Part shown: positions 49,649 through 56,090 of the stretch, in pieces
Layout of the letters: each line of letters starts with the position of its first letter
How positions within the stretch are numbered: the first letter of the stretch is position 1
The notes under the pieces: model-generated
Seen by the model: the letters and a program-made list of their open reading frames with translations, nothing else
Told to the model about the DNA's origin: nothing
The model's database searches: none
DNA from: a virus
IMG/VR virus record: IMGVR_UViG_3300023174_000096
Coordinates: 32,001-96,000 of that record
DNA length: 64,000 nt
Reading direction: 5' to 3' (one strand)
Translations under genes and position numbers: made by a program

Positions 49649-50749
49649 TCAGGGGGTGTGCCCGCCCGCGACACACGCGGCGGCGAGGCGGTCGAGGGCT
49701 TCGTGGACGCTCATCTGGGTGCTGCCGCCCCAATCCGACGAGTTGTCCGGGTAGTAGGTGGTGAAGCTCTGGTACTGGTCCCACTCCCCCACATCTTGGT
49801 TCTCACGGACGTAGGTGCCGGGGGCCGGGAACGTGGCGAGGTAGCCGGGGCCGAAGAACGTGTCGTTGCCGATCCAGCAGGGCGACCCGTCCGTCTGCAC
49901 GACGGCGCTGCCAAACACGAGGAAGGCGTACCAGCGGATCGACGTGCCGTTCTTCAGACGCAGGTACAGGGTGGCGTTCGCGTAAACCGCGAAGCTACCA
50001 AACTCGTAGTTGCCGAAGCGGAAGTCACAGTTGTCGAGCGTGAAGGTCGTGTCCGTGCCCTCGTAGGTGCGGCACTGGAACACCGACGTGTCGAGGGTCA
50101 CGTCCTGCTCGTCGCTAATCGGGTCACCGGGCGCGGCGTTCCCGTCCCAGCCCAGATTGCGAATCGTGAGGGTCGAAGTCTCGGCGGACACCGAGTCGAT
50201 CTCGAACGCGCCCGCGTTGTCGATGATGACGAGCACGCCCGCGACGAAGCCGTTGACGAAGTTGTCCACGGTCACGGTGGCGGTATCGCCCACGTTGGGC
50301 ATCGTGAAGGCGGACGTTGTGTACGTCGCCGTCCCGCTTCCTTGCCCGCGGAAGAAAATGTTCTTGAGGCCCGCGCACCCGTAGATGTGGCACGGCCACT
50401 CGTAGCCGCCGTCCGCTTCAAGGTACTGAAGGTACTGGTAGGGGCGGAAGCTGTAGTCGTAGTCGTCCCAGCCGTAGGACACGCCCACGATGGTGGTGTT
50501 GTTGAGGTGCCACTCACCCGGTGGGAGGTAGATGTCTTCCTGCTCCGGGTTGAAGATGTAGATGCTGGTCTCGGGTGCGGAGCTTGATTGCACCGCCGCC
50601 ACGGCCTCGCCCCACGTCGCCACCGCCCCGGTGGGGAGGGGATCGCTGAAGGGAGCCCACACGATGGTGGGGACAGAGCGGTTCGGGGCCGCGCCGACTT
50701 GGTTGAGCGCCGTCTGTTCGGTCGCTCCGACTGCTGCGAAGATGGGCAT
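49649..50749 (-). CDS. Putative virion/fibre protein (366 aa)
   Basis: AGGAG RBS and late motif; beta-rich; C-terminal VHEALDRLAA. Confidence 0.65.
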   Translation of the reverse strand: MPIFAAVGATEQTALNQVGAAPNRSVPTIVWAPFSDPLPTGAVATWGEAVAAVQSSSAPETSIYIFNPEQEDIYLPPGEWHLNNTTIVGVSYGWDDYDYSFRPYQYLQYLEADGGYEWPCHIYGCAGLKNIFFRGQGSGTATYTTSAFTMPNVGDTATVTVDNFVNGFVAGVLVIIDNAGAFEIDSVSAETSTLTIRNLGWDGNAAPGDPISDEQDVTLDTSVFQCRTYEGTDTTFTLDNCDFRFGNYEFGSFAVYANATLYLRLKNGTSIRWYAFLVFGSAVVQTDGSPCWIGNDTFFGPGYLATFPAPGTYVRENQDVGEWDQYQSFTTYYPDNSSDWGGSTQMSVHEALDRLAAACVAGGHTP

Positions 50750-50781
50750 GAAGTTCTCCTACGGTTGTTGAGGGATAGGCG

Positions 50782-50850
50782 ACCTAACGCCCGGTCGAAA
50801 GCTCACGCTTGGCCGGGGCACAACCCCGGACAGGGCCGACCTACCTAGCT
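50782..50850 (-). ncRNA. Candidate small structured RNA (three-way junction)
   Basis: Has its own CTATC-N-TAG motif; GGTCG/CGACC closing stem, CCGGGG/CCCCGG hairpin, AGC-GTGA-GCT GNRA hairpin; no ORF. Confidence 0.3.
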
Positions 50851-50878
50851 AGAGACGCCGCGATAGGCGGGAAACCTC

Positions 50879-52558
50879 CTACTCCTCGTCCTTGAACGTG
50901 GGGGTGAACACGGGCTTCTTGCCCTTCGGTGCCTTCTCCTGCACCCTCATCTTCTCTCGGGCCTTCTCGGCGCGCTCGCCCTTAGCCATGTCGTGGGCCT
51001 TGGGTCGGGCCATGCACTTGAAGGGGGTCTTCCCGCCCCGGGTGAGGTCTTTCCAGTTCGGGTCGTCCGTGAGGTCGCCGCACGGCCCGATGATGTCACC
51101 GGGCTCGTAGGTCTTCTTGGTCCCGTCCTCGCGGGTGATCGTGCGCTTCACGGGCGAGATCGCCACCCAATCTCCCCACTGGGCCTCACCGGGTGATTTG
51201 CCCTTGCCCTGACCGTGGCCGCTGAACCACTCGTCTAGGCCCCCGTGACCTACGTCTTTTTTGGCCTTTCCCTTGGCGGACAGGTAGCGGGACGCAACAC
51301 GGGCGGCGCTTGCGAAGCGCCCACGGTCCTTCTTGGCGAGGAACGCCTTGAACCGCTCGATCTGATCGCGGGTCATGTCCCGGCCCAGAACGAAGTGCGC
51401 GAACACCTCCGCGAAATCCTCCTCCGTGGCGGTCCCCCCGTACTCCGACACGGCGGCGACTTCTTTGTAGAAGCTGTCGAACCGAGCGCGGTCGCCCGCG
51501 TCCATGAACTTGAAGTAGTAGCGGTGCCCTAGCTCATGGATGAGGAGCTCGACCAAGAAGGGCTTGGGCAACAAGAACACCACGACGTGGTCGGGGCCGA
51601 TGACGTAGTGCGCCCCCACTCCGAAGTGCTTGCCCAGCGGGTTCTCACCACCGCACTTCGGGCACCCGACGAAGATCGGGCCATACCAGAGGTCGCCAAA
51701 GCCCTTCTGGTCGAGCAGCGCCTTGGCCTTCTGGAAGTAGGGGATGTAGTCAGACAGACCCCGGGGGTCACCGGGGTCGGGGCGGGTGATGAGGTTACGG
51801 TCGGGCTCGCCGTCGTACACCAGCTTGACCTTCCCGATGTCGAACTCCAGCAGGATCTCGTCGGGATCGTAGGACGAGCCCCCCGAGTATTTGCTGAGAA
51901 ATGTGGTGATCGCCCGCAGGAGTTTGCCCGAAAGGATGTCCTCGACCTTGGCGAGTGCCTCCCGGGCGTAGTCCTCGTACCCCTTCAGCGCAGCGGCGAA
52001 CGGGTCGTCAGGGTTCACCCGCTGGTAGAAGCCCAGTATATTCTGCCCGTCCATCGTGTAGGTGTGCGTGCCGGGGGTCATTGCATCCCGGACGTGCTGG
52101 AACTTCCCGAGGTCTTCGTCGAGAAGGTACCTCGCTTCCTTGAGCTCATCACGGACTTTGAGTCGAATCGCCTCAAAGACGCTGGACGGGTCCATTCCAC
52201 GGGGCAGCAAGCCCTTCGTGTAGGCCATGTGCTCCCACAGGCGCTCTAGCTCCCGGTCCCGCAGGGACTTGAAGTGCGCGATGAGGTCGTCGAGTGAGGC
52301 GTACCGTGGCTTGGGCGCAAAGGTCTTCTTGACCCACGCACGGATACCCTTGACCCATGCCGGGTCGATCTTGGTCTCCTCCCCGGCGGACTTCTTCGCC
52401 CGCCAACCGCCGCCCTCGTCCTTGTAGAGCTTGAGGGCGTGCCCGACCGCGTAGGCACTGGGCCACTTGGTGTAGCGTTCCTTCGCCTTCGCCTTGCACT
52501 TCTCCCAGAGCTCGGGATTCGTGGGATCGTTGTCGTCGGCGGCAGTGAAGCGGTCCAT
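50879..52558 (-). CDS. Polyprotein: split DUF5872-like halves flanking a helical domain and a zincin metallopeptidase
   Basis: WPSAYA...YKDEGGGW; LIHELGH...VSEYG...EEDFAEVF; GGLDEWF...WV...CG...KC. Confidence 0.8.
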   Translation of the reverse strand: MDRFTAADDNDPTNPELWEKCKAKAKERYTKWPSAYAVGHALKLYKDEGGGWRAKKSAGEETKIDPAWVKGIRAWVKKTFAPKPRYASLDDLIAHFKSLRDRELERLWEHMAYTKGLLPRGMDPSSVFEAIRLKVRDELKEARYLLDEDLGKFQHVRDAMTPGTHTYTMDGQNILGFYQRVNPDDPFAAALKGYEDYAREALAKVEDILSGKLLRAITTFLSKYSGGSSYDPDEILLEFDIGKVKLVYDGEPDRNLITRPDPGDPRGLSDYIPYFQKAKALLDQKGFGDLWYGPIFVGCPKCGGENPLGKHFGVGAHYVIGPDHVVVFLLPKPFLVELLIHELGHRYYFKFMDAGDRARFDSFYKEVAAVSEYGGTATEEDFAEVFAHFVLGRDMTRDQIERFKAFLAKKDRGRFASAARVASRYLSAKGKAKKDVGHGGLDEWFSGHGQGKGKSPGEAQWGDWVAISPVKRTITREDGTKKTYEPGDIIGPCGDLTDDPNWKDLTRGGKTPFKCMARPKAHDMAKGERAEKAREKMRVQEKAPKGKKPVFTPTFKDEE

Positions 52559-52585
52559 CACCGCGCGCGGGCGATAGAACGGTTA

Positions 52586-53146
52586 CTACGAGCCGACCTT
52601 GGCGTCCCGCTCGGCGCGGAGGTTCTCCTCGCCCTTGGCGACGAGCTCGATGAGCTTCTTCTGGGCGGCGTCGAGGGACATATTCCCCGTGAGGGTGAGG
52701 TCCCCCGTGTCGCGGTCGAAGCGCCGGGAGGTGAGCCCCACCACCCCCGGCATGAGCATCTTGACCAGCTTGGGGTCCATCGCACGGATGCCGATGTGCC
52801 AGACCATCTGGATCACCGTCCCGCTGCCCACGGACAACGGTTGACCGCCGTACTCGCAGGGCTGCTTCTCCCGGTACAGAGAGATACCTGACCCCGTGAG
52901 AAGTTCCAGATCGAAGTGGTGGACCGGGATGGGGATCTCCGGGCGGTCGAACTTGAGGGTGAGCGGGATGATGACTTGGAGATCACCCACCGTGACCGTG
53001 GGGTTCGGGACCACCCCCCAGCCGTGGACCTTCACGATCAGGTCGCCCGACTCCACCAATCGAGAGACGAGCTCCTGCTCGGTCTCTGACATGGGGACAT
53101 ACAGGCTGTGGGGGTTCTTGCCACCGAAAGTGTTTTGGTCACTCAT
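52586..53146 (-). CDS. Hypothetical protein (186 aa)
   Basis: ATGA-coupled; genome-typical codon use. Confidence 0.7.
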   Translation of the reverse strand: MSDQNTFGGKNPHSLYVPMSETEQELVSRLVESGDLIVKVHGWGVVPNPTVTVGDLQVIIPLTLKFDRPEIPIPVHHFDLELLTGSGISLYREKQPCEYGGQPLSVGSGTVIQMVWHIGIRAMDPKLVKMLMPGVVGLTSRRFDRDTGDLTLTGNMSLDAAQKKLIELVAKGEENLRAERDAKVGS

Positions 53147-53547
53147 TGGAACACCGTGACGTAACAGGCGCGAGGTTTCTTCCCAGCCACGGTGGTGTCC
53201 GTGGCGTAGAAGTGTACCGCTGAACCCACGGCGGGAATCCCTCCCCCGATCACCTCGGACTTGTGGAGGTAGTAGCCCCCACGGTCGGTGGTGATGAACC
53301 CGTAGCCTCGCACGGGGTCGTAGGACGCCACCGCTCCCTCAAGGTGCAGGGGGGCGTTGCAACGCATGACGACGCTGGCGCGAGTGCCCTCGCCCAGTTC
53401 GTACTCGACTTCTTCGCCCGTGAGAGGGGGGACAGTGGTCGGGCCGGAAAACACCGACAGGTGAAAGAACACCTCCACGTCGCCCGCCTCGGAGAGGATG
53501 AACCCGTACCGCTTCTCGGGGAGATAACGCCGCACGGTGCCCTTCAC
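53143..53547 (-). CDS. Tandem cold-shock-domain protein
   Basis: GTV..Y...KRYGFI...VFFHLS and GAV..Y...RGYGFI...YYLHKS. Confidence 0.85.
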   Translation of the reverse strand: MKGTVRRYLPEKRYGFILSEAGDVEVFFHLSVFSGPTTVPPLTGEEVEYELGEGTRASVVMRCNAPLHLEGAVASYDPVRGYGFITTDRGGYYLHKSEVIGGGIPAVGSAVHFYATDTTVAGKKPRACYVTVFQ

Positions 53548-53918
53548 AGCTTGCCTCCCAACGCGACCCTCAGAAGTTCCCCTGCCGCCACCGTTGCGAG
53601 AGCGAGCACCCGCCGCAGTAGGTCCCTCGCGCGGTCTAGACGGTCCGCCTCGGCGTTCTGGAGAATCGCCAAGAAGTCGCTCGCGTCCCGCAGGGGCAAC
53701 GTGCGACCTACCGCCTCAACCAACTGTGCCGTGTCCATGTGCCCGGTGTGTCCGGTGCGGGTTGAATCGACGAGAGTCTGAAGAATCCTCACCCCCTCCA
53801 CCCCTCGGTCGCGCAAGGCGCGCATGGAGATTTCCACGAGGGAACGCTCCCACCCGCTGGGAAACTGGTCACGAAGGGACAGCAACGGAACGAGGGCACG
53901 ATCACTCGGGTCGGTCAT
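53544..53918 (-). CDS. Hypothetical protein (124 aa)
   Basis: Overlap-coupled within the operon. Confidence 0.6.
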   Translation of the reverse strand: MTDPSDRALVPLLSLRDQFPSGWERSLVEISMRALRDRGVEGVRILQTLVDSTRTGHTGHMDTAQLVEAVGRTLPLRDASDFLAILQNAEADRLDRARDLLRRVLALATVAAGELLRVALGGKL

Positions 53919-54258
53919 CGGGTAGCTCGCAGCTTCTCGGGGGAAGCACAGGGGTTGAGGGCGGGCGGGTTTCCAGCAATCGCCCGTTGTACAGCATCAT
54001 GTCTCGATGCCACGCCCACCGCACGGCGTACACGGTCCACCAATCCGCGTAGCCTTGGCATAGGAGGTCCGTCGCCCACGGGCTGTTGGACCGCCAAACT
54101 CCGTTCGCGCAGGTGCAGCGATGTACAACAATGTCCCGCGTAGCGGGTGCCCCCTCCCGCACCATGCGGTCAGCGAAGGTCACCTCGGTGAGATAGGTGT
54201 CCCGGTCGCGGAGCACCACGCCGCACCCCGTGAGACACAGAGCGAGCAACAGCCTCAC
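53902..54258 (-). CDS. Putative lipoprotein (118 aa)
   Basis: MRLLLALCLTG|C lipobox-like N-terminus. Confidence 0.55.
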   Translation of the reverse strand: MRLLLALCLTGCGVVLRDRDTYLTEVTFADRMVREGAPATRDIVVHRCTCANGVWRSNSPWATDLLCQGYADWWTVYAVRWAWHRDMMLYNGRLLETRPPSTPVLPPRSCELPDDRPE

Positions 54259-54569
54259 TTACGGTTTCTCCGGTTCGGGTCGTGGATGCCGGGGCGGTTC
54301 TGAGAAGCCATGAACACGTCCTCTTGGCGCTGGTCGTTGAACGGGAACGGCTGGAGGGTGATGGGGTTCCTCGCCACGATCCCGTTGAGACGGGTCTGCT
54401 CGGCAGGGGTCATCGTCGGCACCACCGCCAAGAAGTCGTGCTTGGCGATGGGGATGTTGATCAGAAGGTCGATGATGACGTAATCGGGCAGCACCGCAGG
54501 GTTGTCGGGATCTCCCGGTATCCCTGCGAGATTGTTCCGACCTTGGTTGTCAAACCACCAGTTGGCCAT
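54255..54569 (-). CDS. Hypothetical protein (104 aa)
   Basis: First gene of the operon; genome-typical codon use. Confidence 0.65.
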   Translation of the reverse strand: MANWWFDNQGRNNLAGIPGDPDNPAVLPDYVIIDLLINIPIAKHDFLAVVPTMTPAEQTRLNGIVARNPITLQPFPFNDQRQEDVFMASQNRPGIHDPNRRNRK

Positions 54570-54599
54570 GCCCTACAGTACCTATTGGCCTTCTAGGGT

Positions 54600-54830
54600 A
54601 TGAACGACGACGAAGATCCCGTGGACATGGGGAATCTTGAGCTCTACGAAGGCGACGTGTCGGTGGTTCTACGCGCCGATGGCGAGGTCGAGTTCTTGGT
54701 GGCGTGCGACGATGAGGAGAGCGAAGAGTACGTCATCTCCATTCGGAAGGTGCGCTATCTCAAGTTCGTGCTGGAGAGTGCTGAGTGCCAACGGTTGTTT
54801 GAACGCGCACTCATCGACGAGGTCAACTGA
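54600..54830 (+). CDS. Hypothetical acidic protein (76 aa)
   Basis: CTATT-N-TAG motif directly upstream. Confidence 0.6.
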   Translation: MNDDEDPVDMGNLELYEGDVSVVLRADGEVEFLVACDDEESEEYVISIRKVRYLKFVLESAECQRLFERALIDEVN

Positions 54831-55137
54831 TCTCGGTGTAGACCTTCGACGCCTTCGCCAGCCACGCCTTGAGCGCGCCTTCATCCGCTCGCGTCGCAGC
54901 CCTCCACCCCGACAAGTACAGGTCAAAGCTCTCTGTCATTACGTCGGGTGACGCAGAGGCCGGGAGGATCGTCACGAGGCGACCGTTGGGCATCCGCGCC
55001 GTGCGCCCCGCATTCTGCTCGTACACGCTCGCCAGCACCTTGAGGGCGAGGGGGTACTCGGTCTCGGGCACGAGGAGCACCGCACGGGCGTCTCGGGCTC
55101 GGGCTTGGGTCAACGGGGTCAGTACGAAATGGCTCAT
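54823..55137 (-). CDS. Hypothetical protein (104 aa)
   Basis: Continues the polA operon. Confidence 0.55.
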   Translation of the reverse strand: MSHFVLTPLTQARARDARAVLLVPETEYPLALKVLASVYEQNAGRTARMPNGRLVTILPASASPDVMTESFDLYLSGWRAATRADEGALKAWLAKASKVYTEIS

Positions 55138-55138
55138 G

Positions 55139-55780
55139 TCACCCTCCCATCTTGATCTTGGCCCCTCGGGGCACGACGTTCACCTTGGGCTTCGGAGCCC
55201 ATGTATCCTCGGACACAGGGGCACTCACCTTGGGTGAACCCCCACCGATCATCACCCCCTCCTCGGGGAAGTCCGTGTTGATGCCCAGCGCCACGGGCAG
55301 GGGCTTGGGGACGGAAGGGCGTGGAGGCAGGGGCGGGACATCCTCCACGGGGGGCTCCTCCACGGACACTTCTTCTTGGATGGCGATGACCGTGGGGAGT
55401 CGCCTACCGCGCGCCTCGGCCAGCTTCGACACGGCGTCTTCCACCACCTGTGACTTCGCCGTCTCCGGGTCGGGCTCCGCGAGATGGACCCCCGGCCCAA
55501 CCCACGGGTCGGCACGGCGCGCGATGGACAGTGCCGCAGCGATCTCCACGAAGTGCATCGCGCGGACATGGTCGAACCGGGGGTCGTCGGGTTGAGCTTG
55601 TAGGGGGTGGGTGAGAAGCCGACCCACCTGCGTGCGGACCCGCTCCTCAAACGAGGAGCTCGACCACCCGGCGTTGACGCAGTTCTGATTCCGGCACCGC
55701 TTGCAGAAGGTCTCCTTGAACTCTCGCGGCGGGATGCGCTGGTCGTTGCACTCGTTCAGCAAGTCAGGTTTCATGAGCAA
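55139..55780 (-). CDS. Hypothetical protein with Cys cluster and Pro-rich tail (213 aa)
   Basis: C...FCKRCRNQNC. Confidence 0.65.
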   Translation of the reverse strand: MLMKPDLLNECNDQRIPPREFKETFCKRCRNQNCVNAGWSSSSFEERVRTQVGRLLTHPLQAQPDDPRFDHVRAMHFVEIAAALSIARRADPWVGPGVHLAEPDPETAKSQVVEDAVSKLAEARGRRLPTVIAIQEEVSVEEPPVEDVPPLPPRPSVPKPLPVALGINTDFPEEGVMIGGGSPKVSAPVSEDTWAPKPKVNVVPRGAKIKMGG

Positions 55781-56090
55781 CCCCCAGCCTCACGGACGTT
55801 TGGTACTGCGCCCGCAGACGCTTCACCTCGGCCTTGAGGGCCTCGACCTTCTGCGCGGCGCTCTCACCACCGCTCTCGGTGAGGTTCTCCTTCGCCGCCA
55901 GCATGGCATGGTGGAGCTCCACCAGCATCGTGGCCACCTCCCACGGGAGCGTGGGGAGTTGGCCCGCACGGGTGAGCTCGTCCATCACGAAGCACACCCG
56001 TAGCGTGTCGTCGGCCACCGCCGCGCACACTTCGACCAAGTTCTCAATCCGTCGCTCGATCTCGTCGAACCGGGCTTCCACGTCGCTCAC
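55764..56090 (-). CDS. Hypothetical coiled-coil protein (108 aa)
   Basis: GTGA-coupled to polA. Confidence 0.6.
   Translation of the reverse strand: MSDVEARFDEIERRIENLVEVCAAVADDTLRVCFVMDELTRAGQLPTLPWEVATMLVELHHAMLAAKENLTESGGESAAQKVEALKAEVKRLRAQYQTSVRLGVAHET

Noticed and set aside
50790-50845. Hammerhead ribozyme on the plus strand (GAAA plus three stems)
   Set aside because: The CUGANGA core is absent.
53902-54569. Spanin pair or lysis cassette
   Set aside because: No adjacent TM-anchored coiled-coil i-spanin or recognisable endolysin.
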